From assembly GCA_030704615.1 (NCBI GenBank), contig CM060733.1, positions 24,242,001-24,306,000 of the forward strand: a stretch of 64,000 nt of DNA, written 5' to 3'. The translations under genes and the position numbers were made by a program. The stretch comes from Takakia lepidozioides. Taxonomy: Eukaryota > Plantae > Bryophyta. How positions within the stretch are numbered: the stretch's first letter is position 1; each line of letters starts with the position of its first letter. Under the pieces are notes generated by a model that was not told the DNA's origin, made no database searches, and saw only the letters and a list, made by a program, of their open reading frames with translations. Below are positions 1-12,800 of the stretch, piece after piece.

Positions 1-1653
1 AAGGTGAAGATGTTGCAGCCATGCCAAGCTCGGAGCCCACTGGAGCTTGAAACTTGGCATGAGTTTGCATTGATTTGCTGTCAGCTAAGTCTGCCATCTT
101 AAGATTAATTTCAGCTAGCATAGTTTTGTCATTGACAAAATGACGACGTTGGGCCCAATTTTGAATACCATGGGGCAAGCCAAGGAGAAATTAGGTCTTC
201 ACCATTCGATCACGTTCTGCTAGATCAATGATATTTTCTGCAGCAGCAAATTTTAGATCCATGTAATACTTCCACAAAGACTCTCCTGGCTGGTAAGTCC
301 TGGAGCTTAATTTGGTGAAGCAGTCCAAGGGTCTTTTCAGGTGGTTTGAATAGGGTTTTAGCCCATTCCACAAGGGATGCCCAAGTGAGATGGGGGTCAT
401 CCATGACAGCTGCATGCAACAAGTCACGGGATGGTCCCTTCATGCTCATTCTAAAAATTGCCATTTTAAAATTCTCAGGCACTCCATTCACATTAGCAAT
501 CACTTCAAACATCTGGAGATATCTATCAAAGTCTTCTCCCATTGTGTATTCTGGATAGGGCTGGGTAGTGAGCTGAGAAAGCAAATGACAGGGCAGACTA
601 TGATTCATGTGACCAGGCTGAGCAGATCCATGGGCCGGGCAGCAATGAGCCATAGCCTGAGTCTGATTGGTGGTTGTATTCATAGCATGGACCCCACTAG
701 TAACCGGGACATAGTTGTTACTCATGACATTAGAGGGACCTTGAAATAACAAAGATGGCAGGCTAGGCAGTAATGTTGTCACGCTCACCTGGGGTGCATG
801 AAACACAGGCCTTGACTGAACAGCTTGACTGACCATGGCTGCTTGGTTTGGAGCCACTCCACTCATGGTGGGAATGGGTGGCCTTCCCAATTGCTGGGCT
901 GACTGACCGCCTACACTAGAGCTAGAACAAGCAGTATTCATGCCAACATACAATCCAGAAGTCACAGACACACCAATTCCTCCCCCAAGAGCGGGATTAG
1001 GAACATGCACCATAGAAACAGGCAAACCAGCAGCAATTCCTACGTTGACACGAGCATTTGACGGGGCTGGCATACCGCTCACATTAGCCCTTCCCACTGG
1101 GACTTGCACATTCGCATTGCATACACCACTAGCAATCGGGTCTAAAGAAGGGGGATGGATGGCATGCCTGTAAATACCACCCAAAGAACTGGCTCCTGTA
1201 ACTTGAGACAGGCCAGGCATCATGGCCATATGTCGAGTAGAGGCTAGCTGATCAGCAGCTGCGGACAGGCCCTCGTTAGTGACAAAATTACCAATACCAG
1301 CTACACTTGGCACCACAGGCCCACCAGGCAACATAGTGACCCCTGGAACTTCAAATTGCACTATCTTTGTGAGACCAGCGGGCGTCACTTGAACATCATC
1401 TAATTCTTGGGAAACAATACCATCTTCACAAGATAAATCAGTAGAGATTGGCCTCTGGTAGAGGCGATCCCTCATCTAGACTTACCATCCCATGTTGCAT
1501 TCGCGGATTGTCCCTCAAATTACCTGTAGGTGATGGAAGACCCGGCTCTCTGACCTCGACAGGGGCTGATTCCGTTGTGGCCAGATCGGGAGCATCCATC
1601 GCAACACGTTGCCTCCAAGACCTCAGCCAAGTATTAACAATGTTTCTTGCCAT
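1..1653 (-). pseudogene. Degenerate Ty3/gypsy-type gag (capsid), frameshifted; continues off the left edge
   Basis: Frames 1438..1686, 225..1475 and 191..427 join via frameshifts. Gag-like segment YPEYTMGEDFDRYLQMFEVIANVNGVPENFKMAIF...LTWASLVEW, then YQPGESLWKYYMDL...T*FLLGLP with an in-frame stop. Confidence 0.7.
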
Positions 1654-1950
1654 ACAACAGGAAGCAACGAGTCCAAACACGAACAAAAAAATATTTTGTT
1701 CTGATTAAACTATGTCAAGATATAGGAATAGTAGAGAGATAACCTGGAAGCAACGAATACCAACAAGAGTTCTGATTAAGCCAAAGTCAGCAAGCAGGGA
1801 TGGGTAGCAATCCGCTACAGCAGCCCGCAATACCACGATCGTCCTTAATTCAAGGCCAGGTCGAACAGGAGATCACCTTGGTGATGTTGTGAGAGTCAGA
1901 ATCGTGCATGGAGAGCGCCCACCATTTCCACGTGCTCGTGGTCTTAACCC

Positions 1951-3105
1951 GTTGTGTTGTTCATATCATTGACCTCCTTTTAGAAGATTGGGGAAAAGAA
2001 CAGTGGGTGAAACAACTTGTCAAGCGAGCGAAGACTATTGTGTCGATCATCCGCACACACCACATCCCTTTAGCAATGTATAGGAGGCACGAACCCAAAT
2101 ACAGCCTCCGCAATCCAGGCGAAACTTGTTTTGTCACTAACTTCTTGATGGTGGATCGGTTGGTGACGGTGAAGAGCAGTCTGGAGCACACCATCATCGA
2201 TCCTCAATGGGATGCGTATACACGGATATTGCGGGACTCCAGAAAAGCCAAGTCATTGGGCAAAAGTCAAAAAGTTCGAAATAACATTCGCAGTGATGAT
2301 TTCTGGAAGAAATGTGAAAACTTTGTTTATATGGTAGAGCCGGTGTTAATCGTCTTGCGGGAGTTTGATAGAAAGCAACCAGTAATGGGCAATACATGGT
2401 TACTAATGCAAAATCTTGAGAAGCACGTCCAATCCTTCAAGCATCCTCCCTTCTCCTTGGAACCTGAACTTGCGGACAGTGCTGAGGATGCATTTTACGA
2501 CCGTCGTTCGATGGTTCGAACGGACTTGCATTATGCGGGGGTTTTGCTCAATCCATTTTTGCTCGACAATACCATGCTTCAAGATGACACTGATGCCAAG
2601 GCCGGCCTCGTGCGAGTGTTCATGCGACTGGCTCCGCCGAACCATGCAGAGAGAGCTATATCCAAATATCAATGCTTCTCAGATCGCCGCGACCCTTTTG
2701 AGAACATGCCGGATCCAAAAGAGCTCAATATGTTGCCACATGAATGGTGGGATCTGATTGGAGCTGGAGCAAGAACACTGGCTCCCATTGCGAAGCGTAT
2801 TCTTGTTCAAGTGTGTTCTGCCTCATCTTGCGAATGCAATTGGAGCAGTTACTCATTTGTTCACAACAAGATTCGCAACAGGTTGAATCCCGCGAGGGCT
2901 GACAAATTGGTGTATGTGTATACCAATTGCCGACTGCTACGTGAGAGGGCAGCGGATGATTCTGCAGCATGGTATGAGAGGAATTTGTATTCCGAAGACT
3001 CTGCTTCTGAGGCTGATTCGATAAGTGACGATACTGAACCTCAGAGAGAATCATTTCAGAGGGAATCATCTGCCTCCGATAGTGAAGATGGATCCGATGA
3101 TGCAA
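1951..3105 (+). pseudogene. hAT-superfamily (DUF659/Tag1-like) transposase, C-terminal half (copy A)
   Basis: CVVHIIDLLLED (CxxH), LHYAGVLLNP, WWDLIG and SASSCECNWSSYSFVHNKIRNRL (hAT dimerisation region). The N-terminus is missing; clearly homologous to the copy at 37572-40108. Confidence 0.9.
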
Positions 3106-3106
3106 C

Positions 3107-4290
3107 CTGCCACTACAATTCGACCTTAACCGACGTGTTGCGCAGCAGACTAAGAGCTCTATGTTGGTGAAGGGGGCGGATAAAGCACTATACTCTGCAT
3201 CCGTGAGGATGGTGGGAACCTTCTATAGAACAGCGGATCTTTCAACCGATGTGTCCAGAGATCTGGAGCCAAAGATCCTAGCAAAGTAGCTACCAGCCTC
3301 CTTCACCATGTGTCTGGGATGGGAGATGATAGCACCTTCACTTCACCTTCATCATCGACCAGGGCAGAGACTGAGGTTGCAGCTTGCCATTGCCGAGCCT
3401 TTTGAAAGAAGTACGAGTTCATTTTCTCCAAGTGTGAGGCATGTTGACCAAACAATACCTGCCTTTCTCTTGATTGCCTGTTCTTTCAAACTGGTTCAAG
3501 CCACCAGGTTCCTCTTTGCCTCCATCAGCAAGGCATACGACCTAGGCCCCACCAATCCAGTTTTAATGAGCCATTGACAATGCGAGATTCATTTAAGCAA
3601 AGCATTCTCCTTCCTGTTTCTTTCGTTGGCCATCTGCTAATTCGAAAACGATTGTACCACTTTCCTAGCCGCATATAACCTCTGCAGGTATTTGAGCGTT
3701 GGGGAATGAACGGATGAGCCAGCTTCTTTCCAAGCCTTTTTGAGTCTATCAATGAATGAGGGCACCCTGAGCAGCATCGGGTTCAATCTAAAAAATCCAC
3801 GCCCTTTAGCTTGGACCCCTGGAGGGGCTATGGAGATGGAGATCTGCGCATGGTCGAATTCTGGCAAGATCGGGGCCTGCCTAGACGATTGTACCCATGA
3901 TTTGGCAACAGGAGTGCAATATGCTCTGTCCAGTCTAGCCATGCATAAGTCTGGTGGGGCTCTGTTGTTGGTCCATGGAAAACGAATGGACTTCTGAAAG
4001 CGAATGTATCAGCCAGACCCACCGAGAAACACAAGGAGTTCCAAGCTTACAATTCATTTGGAGAAAGAGGATGAACTGTCGATCCAAGGCGGTCCTTAAG
4101 GTTTTCCACCATATTAAAATCACCAACTAAGAACCAGTGTTCAACAAGCGGACACGCAAGGATTTTGGAACGCAACAAGCACCAAAGATCAATTCTCTCC
4201 GCGACATCATTGGGTGCGTAAATGTTAATGAAGCACAGGCTCCTATCGAAGCTGAGGGCATAGTGAAAACACACTGCACTCTACCAACTA
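3107..4290 (-). mobile_element. L1-clade LINE ORF2 fragment (APE endonuclease plus linker), degenerate
   Basis: INIYAPND, FLVGDFNMVE, ARLDRAY, DH..I and FRLNP motifs across ORFs 4047..4274, 3935..4126 and 3637..3942; several stops and frameshifts; no RT domain or tail. Confidence 0.85.
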
Positions 4291-4603
4291 CCCAAGTGTC
4301 CACCAATTGGATAACACTCTTTAGTGTTGGGGAATCAATGTCAACATGTTCTAAAACAAACCAAGTAGACAACCATTTGATAGTGATAGTGAAATATTTA
4401 TCAATATCTTGCTTGTGTCAAACATTATAATAAAACGTTTCACTATCAGTTAAAGACATATATAAATATATAAATAATAAATATTTAAATCCCGGTTGCA
4501 GGTATGGACGTGACGCCGCAGTAACACATCAGCGTTGGCATCACGTCAAGACGTGACGGTCGTCACGTTGCGTCCATAAGAAGACATTCATCGTGGTATT
4601 TAA

Positions 4604-4628
4604 ATATATATATATATATATATATATA
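4604..4628. repeat. (AT)n microsatellite
   Basis: Directly visible atatatat run. Confidence 0.95.
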
Positions 4629-4674
4629 ATTTACTTCTTACCTTCTTTTGTCACGTTGGCAACAGCGAGGACGA

Positions 4675-4912
4675 AGGTGACCGGCCAGGTGACGGCTTGC
4701 CGAGGAGACCATGCAGGCACCGGTCGCCAGGCCGGGCGACCGCCACGTCAGCGGTCGCCGCACGCCATGTCAACGGTCACCTGGCGGGATGGGCCGCCGG
4801 CCCGGGCGACCGCCACGTCAGCCATGTGTCGGTCGCCACATTGCGCTGGTGGCCGCCACGTGGCGGACATCTTCCGAAAGGCGCTTGGGTGACCGCTTTT
4901 GAGCGGTCGTCC
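4675..4912. repeat. GC-rich cluster of GGYGACCGC-N-GCGGTCRCC palindromes (probable subterminal repeats)
   Basis: For example gggcgaccgccacgtcagcggtcgcc (~4735) and ggtgaccgcttttgagcggtcgtcc (~4888); same motif at 40355-40875 and 41630-41825. Confidence 0.75.
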
Positions 4913-4995
4913 ATATAAGGGGAAGGAGGCCATTCTCGGCTCTCACTTTCACTCTTCCCCTTTAGCTCTGTGGGTGTGGGATGCTTTGCATTCTG
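4912..4995 (+). promoter_or_regulatory. Putative TATA box and pyrimidine-rich leader of RING gene A
   Basis: ATATAAGGGGAAGGAGGCC...TCACTTTCACTC is homologous to TTTAAAGGAGGGTAGGCCCC...TCACTTTCACTCC at ~41902 upstream of RING gene B. Confidence 0.5.
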
Positions 4996-5239
4996 CCGAG
5001 CGGAGTTAGAGGAAGAGGGAAGCCATTGACACGGAGGGGGAGGTTTTGTCTCCGCATTTTATAAAATTGTGGGTTTTTTCCTACCCCGCATCCCATCTTT
5101 GGCTTCGAAACCCATTTTCTCAATTCATTAGGTGGGGACTAAATAGATCTTTGTGTATTTTGGATTTGGCCCCCCCTTGTGGAGTGTTACATTTTACTGT
5201 GATTTTGCTGAAATTGGTGAGTTTCGGTCAAACGAGGTG

Positions 5240-6716
5240 ACTGGAGCAGGTACACTAGGCCTTTACATCATATAGAAATAAATGAGAGTTGAAAGAGGTT
5301 CAAAAAGAACATGCACTATATCGACTACAACAAGCTGCACGGATGTCAGATTGTGTTGTGTAGAACATTTATGCAAGCATGCAGCGCTATGAGGCATTTG
5401 CCACTAACCGAGAAAAACAAAAGGATGAAGAAAGAAAAAAACGTGAAGGCCAAGACGTGTCTGCCGCACTTGCCACCCATACATCCAAGTTTGACTCATT
5501 CACGGTGTGGGGTGATTTACATGGCATGTTTGACCGTTGTAAACATAGAGTTGGTGGAGGCAATGAGAGATAATTTGGGAATTTGAAATGGAGGAGGAGT
5601 GGGATACTAGTGAGACAAAAATGTCATCTCACTTGTTCGACAACAAGCGGGTGGAGTGCTCACGTCCTCCAATACCATCATGGATCAAAGATGGCTCGTG
5701 TTGTCCAGTTTGCCTTAATCCGTATGGTCCGGAGGGTGCATACTTGTTGGGAAGTTGTGGACATATGTTTCACGTTACTTGTTTGAAGTCGGCGGCTCTG
5801 ATAAGCAACACATGTCCGTCATGTCGTGCGCCAATCCACCGACGTTACTATGAGTTTTCTGGGTTGGAGGATGTGATGCCCATAGGGTATGAGCTCAATC
5901 GACACAATTTCCCTTTGGACCAAGAATCTCACAATTTTCTGAACGGCAAACACTGGGGGATGATACTTCGATCGATTGAACATTCGATATCAATGAGTTT
6001 GGATGACATCTAATTGGGAAATCACAAAACGTGCTCGTTGCATATAAGATCCAAATCAACGAGAGTTGTTTTGTCGAAACCTTGGAGGACATTGGGGAAT
6101 AAGAAGCGAGAGGTTTTTTCGGTTGCACCGAGAACCCACCAAACGGAGTGAACCTTTCCTCATACAATGGTAATCCGATTGGCCGGCATCTGCTGCTGCA
6201 TAGCCTTGAGTGTGTTGCCAAATCATGGATCCAAATGAACGACGCAATGACGGAACGCAAAGAGCGGCGGCTGCTTCGCAATCCCGCATATGAGGATGCG
6301 GATGAAAAGAAAATCAACAGATATGCCAAAGGCCTAGGCAAGTCGTTAGAACGTGACAAATGAGTCTAGCAAGCGCGTTAGTGGGTGTGAAATCCATTGA
6401 TCTCCCAAATGTCCAGGACATTGTAGCTACCTTGGAGGCCGCTGAAACTGTCGCCAACAATATTAACTCGCCGCCTCGTCGCCTCCAAAATGATATTCAG
6501 CAGAGTGGCAATCAATACTCCCCGGAGTCACTCCGCATGATGGCAAGGGTAGACGAGGACGTGTTAGGCTCGGGCCACCACCTCGCACTCGATACCAGAC
6601 CCGAGCTCGCTTGCCCATTCATCCAGACGCCGCTTCTACACACTCAACGTTGTCATCAACCCCACGTCCGGCGGTGCCATCTGCAACTTCAGGGAGTGAA
6701 ACACAAGAGACTATAG
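5240..6716 (+). pseudogene. TE-associated RING-H2 (C3H2C3) finger gene, copy A, degenerate and lacking the N-terminal part
   Basis: CPVC-x14-CGH-x2-H-x2-C-x10-CPSC at 5702-5824. Flanking blocks FTVWGDLHGMFDRC, WEFEMEEEWDT, PIHRRYYE, NWEITKRARCI and RELFCRNLGGHW match copy B. Confidence 0.8.
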
Positions 6717-7419
6717 ATTTATCGGAATAGCCTCGCTTACATATTACAACTATGAATAGATCTTTTTGTCGATGATAGTATTCCTATAACTTCTAATAGG
6801 TTTGTAAAATTTCAATATAGCATTTCATGCCCGAATTTCGAAGCATTGCCCATGAGGCATGTCTTTTGTGATTTGACTATGGCGCCCAATGCTTGTGGAC
6901 AACCTTTATATTTGAAGCACTCTTTCTCATTATTCTGGAATTTTCAATTTGAATTTTGCATGGACCACGGTTGTACGTCATATTTGTTGAGCTGAATAAC
7001 TGTTAACCAGAATAATTTTGATTGACCTGATAGGGATTTAATGTAGAACTTCATAGTGTTGATGAGTAAGTTATAACTTATTAACAAGTCCACCGTTGTT
7101 GTCAAGTTGCGGGTTTGGAATTTTAATCAAGTCCACCGGCATACATGAATATTTCATAGGGATACTCAATTTCAGAGTGAATAGTTCTCAATACATTGCA
7201 TGCCAAAATGTGAATATTGCGCGGTCTGCTCTGCTGGACAACCGCTGTTGTATATCCCATCTTGTTTGTCATTGACCTAGCATCATTTGGCATTATTGAT
7301 ATTATTTTATATGAACATCATGGTGCATGCACATTCCACTTTGCATACATTCATAGTTTCATAATTATATAAATGCAAGTTCCGAACCAATTTCATATTT
7401 CATACGAAAGCAAACCGGG

Positions 7420-7497
7420 CTACATGTATTCCAATAGTTTAGTGGACCGCGACACATTCATCGCGGACCGTCTTGCAAGTTCTTGCCTACGAAGATG
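7420..7497 (-). pseudogene. C-terminal tail of hAT transposase B, separated by the CACTA insertion
   Basis: Removing 7498-37574 joins ...NNQEDIH to LRRQELARRSAMNVSRSTKLLEYM* in frame (TAG at 7420-7422). Confidence 0.7.
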
Positions 7498-7524
7498 CAC
7501 TACAACAGATGAGCGTTTTTATGA

Positions 7525-8210
7525 TTTCACATATGACTAATTTTTCAGTCTTATATGCGTTCATGACTACATCACTCTGTAGTGAAAAAAGCCCTGTCAT
7601 AGCGACTAGTCTTTAGGACTGCGTTTTGCAAGTCATATCCATGACTACTTGCGTGACACCTGGAGTCCTGTTGCAGAGAGGGTTGCAGTCACAACTATAT
7701 GATTAATATATGACTACATTGTCTGTTGAGCGCTGTCTACATGGAGAGGCTTCAGCGGGACACGTGCGCCACTGCGCAAGCGACACGTCATGCATTCATC
7801 AGGGGATCATATGACTATATGTCTGCAAAGTGATGCCTACATGGAGAGGCGACGGATGGACACGTGCGCCACTGCGAATTTGACATGTCACGACTTCTTG
7901 CCATGATCATATGACTACATGTCTGCAAAGTGATGCCTACATGGAGAGGCGCTAGCGAGACACGTGTGCTATGGCAGATTTCACACGTGGTGACTACATG
8001 ACTCGCTCATATGACTACAAGGATGTCTACATGGAGAGTTGTTAGCGGGACACCTGTTGCACTTGAGATGTAACATGTGGCACACAGACAAAATATATTA
8101 CTAGCATATATGACTACGGATCTTTACACGTGGTGAAAATATGGATAAAGAATGTCGTGTCATATACTGCCACGTGTTCTGGTTTGAGCAAGAGTGATGC
8201 CACGTGTCAT
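7525..8210. repeat. CACTA left subterminal repeats, including a ~100-bp tandem unit
   Basis: ATATGACTAC...CTACATGGAGAG...CACGTG units starting near 7709, 7810, 7909, 8009 and 8109. Confidence 0.85.
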
Positions 8211-8675
8211 CAAGATTGTTTTCCGAAATAGTTTATATTTTTAATGTTCATATTTTAATTTTTAGTTTTCATTTAATATTTAAAAGAACAGGGAGATTGC
8301 AGCCTTGGGATTTTTTTTTAATGGTATTATTTTTAATATTATTATTTAAAATGAAAGTGAATTAAATGATTTAAAATCTTCATTACATGGTGAAATTCCA
8401 ACATGAAAACAGAATGGATCCCTCCTGCATACTATCAACCACAAGGAGAATGAAAATAGTCAACTACAGGGCAATACAAGCCCTATAAATCACATTACAA
8501 AAATCCAAATGAGACCAATATCCCAATGGACACCTCAAAAGCCACAAGGTCAAAAAATCCATGCCTCAAAAGGCCCAGCCAAAAACAAGCAAGCCCACAC
8601 ATGGGCTGAATTGTTGTAGCTAGTATGTTCTAGTGCTATTAGAATCAAGAACTCTGTTAAATAGTGCAATACTGA

Positions 8676-11600
8676 CTATCCCTTCCGCAGCTCCATAAGT
8701 TTCAGTAACTTTAGACTCCAAAGTGTTGTCTGGCCAACCACCTGCCCCAACTCGGTCTGTTTCCTAACACCATTCACATATGGTAGAGGGGTGTTACTGA
8801 CACATGCCTCTTTGATGTACACACAGGCATAATCAAGGGGCACAACAGGGTACCCGTAACCCACCACAGCACCTTGAAGAGCAACAATCAGCCCTACTCC
8901 ACATTTCTTGCGTTTGGAGTTCACATCCAACAACCGAACTTCGTCATCCACCCTGAACTGTGATCCCAACTCCACACAAAAAAGAACACGATGTGAAAAC
9001 CCATGACATACATACGACTAGGACACTCAACATTTGCGAGTTAAAGAGAGCCCCAAGGTTGGAAAAAATATAACAGACAAGACAATGGCCTGGACTTACT
9101 CCATTTGCAGTCTCCAGTGGTGGTGAGACCTCTTTTGGGGGGCTACTCGCCGGGTCGACACTCTTGCCCCTCGTCTGTACCGGCTTGTCGACAATATCAC
9201 CTTTGTTTGTCACAAGTTCCTGTGTCACAGACCAGAGATCAACCAGGAAAGCAATGAGCAAACAGGAATAGTGAATAGAAACAAAATCCAAGTATGAATC
9301 AAACAAAAAAAGCCAACATGAAAAGCTGCAAAGAAAACCTAGCATTAATCAAGCAACCGAGGAGAAGCATCCAGGAAAGCAATACAATGAATGAACCCAC
9401 AAAAATGTAGCCTCTGGAGCACTGTCAGAATGTTTGTACCTTCACAGTAGCAGTGTTGTATGGTTGTTGTCCGAAAACAGGCTGAGACTCCAAAAACTTG
9501 GGATACTAGCAGCTTTCGATGCCTTCCACAAGAAAGGCCACAACACCTCTGTTAGATACTCATCAGTTGGTGAATCTGGTTGCACCTTCCATGGCTCTGG
9601 AAAAATCCCACTGAAGGGAGGATTGTTTGCCGCCTTTCTTGGTGTGTCGTCAACAAGAACAGTGTCCTCATAAGTCCATTCTGGCCAGTCTGCCCACACT
9701 ATAGACAAGTTCTTGAAATATAATGGCTTTGAATCAGACCCCTTACGGCATGGGAGGACTGGATCCTCGTCACAGTGAAGGGCATCCCACTGGAAAACCA
9801 GGTTAGTGTGGGCTGCAAAAATATAGTCCACCATTGGGAAGAAGTTGCGAGCTTGGCAACAAGACCACACCGCCACCTCAAAGTGTTCAAAACACTTTTG
9901 CAAAAAGTCATAACAGCGTGGTCTCAAAACTACCATCTTCTTGCCACACATCTTCCCCACAAAACCTTAGGGAAGGGATGCAGGCCCATTAGCAGAATGA
10001 AAAGATTCACATAATAGACCATTTAAGTCCAGAATTAGTAAATGTTTCATCGTTGGTCCAGGAAGTAAACTGACATTTGGCTTCAACATGTGAGCAGGAG
10101 AAATTAAAGCAACCTGCTTGTTTGTTTTGTCCCCGTCTGCATCTTCCTCCCCATCTAAACTCCCACATACCTGCATACCAGAATCCGGTGTGCCCGGCGG
10201 CTCTGTCACCATTGCCCCCTGGACTGCTACTGCCTTTGTACGTGGCAAGGGCTGAATTTCCACGTGTACCTCACAACTGGCCTTCTTTGTATCCTGCTGC
10301 TGCTCGGTCAAATTCAAAAGATCATCAGTGACAGGAAGACATAAGGGCTTAGAGTGAGCACCAGTTACCGTCTGAAATTGGGATTTCAAACATTTTGATA
10401 TTGTCACAGCAGACGTATCCATCGTAGATGTCACTGGTCCTGCGCCTGGTAGATTAATCCCCAATCTGGTCACAATGGCTTTCTGGTACTCAATCATACT
10501 CTGCATCTGTAATTTTAATTCTGCCATGTCACGTCCTTGTGATTCCACCAGTTTGTCCAAGCCATCCATCCTGCCAACTACTGTAGAATATGCGAGACTC
10601 TCTCCTGCCAATCCATGAAAACTTGCCCAAGTATGAATCAAACCAAAAAAACCTAGCATGAACAACCATTGGAAAGAAAACCCAGGCCAAAAGCCGTGAA
10701 AAAAACCCTAGCAACCTATGATGCAGCAACCACTCTAGCAAACGTGGAAAACACACTTACCCGCCTGTCACTCCCAGCTGACAACCGTGACACTGAACCC
10801 TCTTGAATTTCATATAATGTAGGAGGGCACCCTGATAGTGTTTCCTACAAATTAATCCATGCCACAAACAAACCCATGCCACAAGTCAGTAAGCAATGTG
10901 AGGGCTGACTATATACACATAGCAATTCAATGAGGAACAAAATACAGAGTCGTGATGATGCCACTTACCAAGCGTGCTTCCACCATTGCCTTCCCACCAC
11001 GGCCAGTCTTGGTAGGATTCAGAATTGCACCATTTGCCTTCTTCATGTTGGCCGACACTTTGTGGAACACCTTTGTCTGCCAGTAACTTACAAGCTTGTT
11101 CCATACCTCGTCAGATACAGTAATGGGTTTCCCCTTACCACCCAACCACGCAGTGTGTGCTTCATAACGCTGGCTCTTCATTATTCTGCCAATTGTTTGT
11201 TTTAGGTGGAAGTCTTTTAACTCGTTTGGCGTATATGAAAATAGCTTAGCCAGGTGATCTCTGATTTCGTATACAACTTCATCAGGTTGGTTGTTGATGG
11301 CAAGGGAACAATCTAGCTTGCGATAAGCCTGTCCTTTAAGGGCAGCGTGCCATACATTCCGGGTTTGACCATACGGGGCTCTTTTGAGGTTCGTCAAAAT
11401 CACCGTGGGAGGAAGACCTGCAGCTATTCTCTCTTCCTTGACCTTGGCAGCTTCAATTTTGGCTGAGCTATTAGCCCTCCTTAAAGCATTGGTTCTATCA
11501 TTCTTTGAAACGGCACCCTCCCCTCCTTCAGAGACCTCCGTGCGCTCAGGAGAATTCAAAGCAGGATCCTGCCAAGTAGGGACTGGTGGCCATGGCTGTT

Positions 11601-12800
11601 GGCCAGAAGGCCGAGGACCATACTGGCCATACTGTCCATAAGCAGGAGGATATTCTGGTGGCTTGCCACCCCCATAGCTATTAGGGGGTGGCAAATATGG
11701 TGGAGGAGGATACTGGCCATACTGCCCATATGGAGGAGCACCATATTGACCCTGACCATACTGAGTGCCAGACTGTGGGTACTGAGGCATACCATAATAA
11801 GGTGGGGGTACTGGTGGCACAGAACCCACAACGTTGGGAGAGTTAGGGCCACCTCCTGCGTTCTTGTGGGCGCCATCTCCATTGCTAGCAGCAGGGATCG
11901 TGGATCCAGTGCGCTTGTGCTTGCCCTGAAAAGAAATTCCCCCAGTACAATGTGGGTGATTACACATACATATAGGCAGCAAGCAGCAAATCCTTGAATT
12001 CAGGCAAAACAAACTGGAAGCACATATCATTTGTAAAGACAAGATTACCCAAAACTCAGTATGATCTTGGGCAGTAAATCTCCCAAATTTGATTGGCCCC
12101 AATGATGTCCTCCCAGTACATTTTTGAGCCCTCTTAGGTATGGGGTGTTCCTGAAATCCATAGCAAGAATTCAAATGGACAAACCTGATGGGTCCATGAG
12201 AAGTATCCCTCCAAGTTTTACTGATATTCTGGGTGCATAAGTAACCCAAGTATCTCTATAAGTAGCCATTGTAGCTTAGTACCAGGACGTTGGTTTCATG
12301 GGGCAAAGAATTTGAACACACCTGAAGTCTACATTGGCCTGACATCATGCCTTTGGCACTTCAACTTGTCTAGTGGAAATCATTTGTGATTGTGCCTTGG
12401 CTGACCCCTGCATTGTCCAACTTCCATGTCTTGTCAGACATACCCTATCTCTTCGTGATTTTACCAAAAACATACATAATTAGAATCATGGTCATTGTGA
12501 AGAACTATAACTCACAGACGGAGAAGGTGTTCGTAGTGTAGATGATGGGCGTTTTTGTCCTGCGACATGAGCATGGGCATGTTCTCCTCGGCTTGCCATG
12601 GCATCCGCTGACGACGCACTCGCCTCGCACTGGCGTGGGAGGAGTGGATCGTCCTCATCGTCCTCAGAAGAGCCCTCATGCAGAATCGTAGTCTTCATCG
12701 TCTTCAGTCTGGCACTTTGCCTTGCAGGACCTTGATCCCTACCTTTTTCCTTCGGAGCGCGTGGCTTGCGAGGGCGATTTGCTCCCACAAGCCTGCACAA
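8676..12800 (-). pseudogene. CACTA TnpA/ORF2-like multi-exon gene: P/G/Y/Q-rich region, Transposase_24-like domain, coiled coil, FCP1/NIF-like HAD domain, TNP1-like C-terminal domain
   Basis: GT-AG exons at about 12790-12515, 11925-10969, 10843-10763, 10605-9440, 9220-9101 and 8972-8676. Motifs: KPITVSDEVWNKLVSYW...SANMKKAN...TGRGG; LLILDLNGLL...RP...FEVAVWS...VLVDDTPRKAANNP; VRLL...PLPY...LGQVVGQTTLW. One in-frame TAA at 9967. Confidence 0.75.

Noticed and set aside
1908-1950. ORF-track start of the 420-aa ORF, and TGGTGGGCGC (minus strand) as a PBS
   Set aside because: The first ~14 codons come from the neighbouring element; no LTR-ending CA precedes the TGG and no tRNA match is evident.
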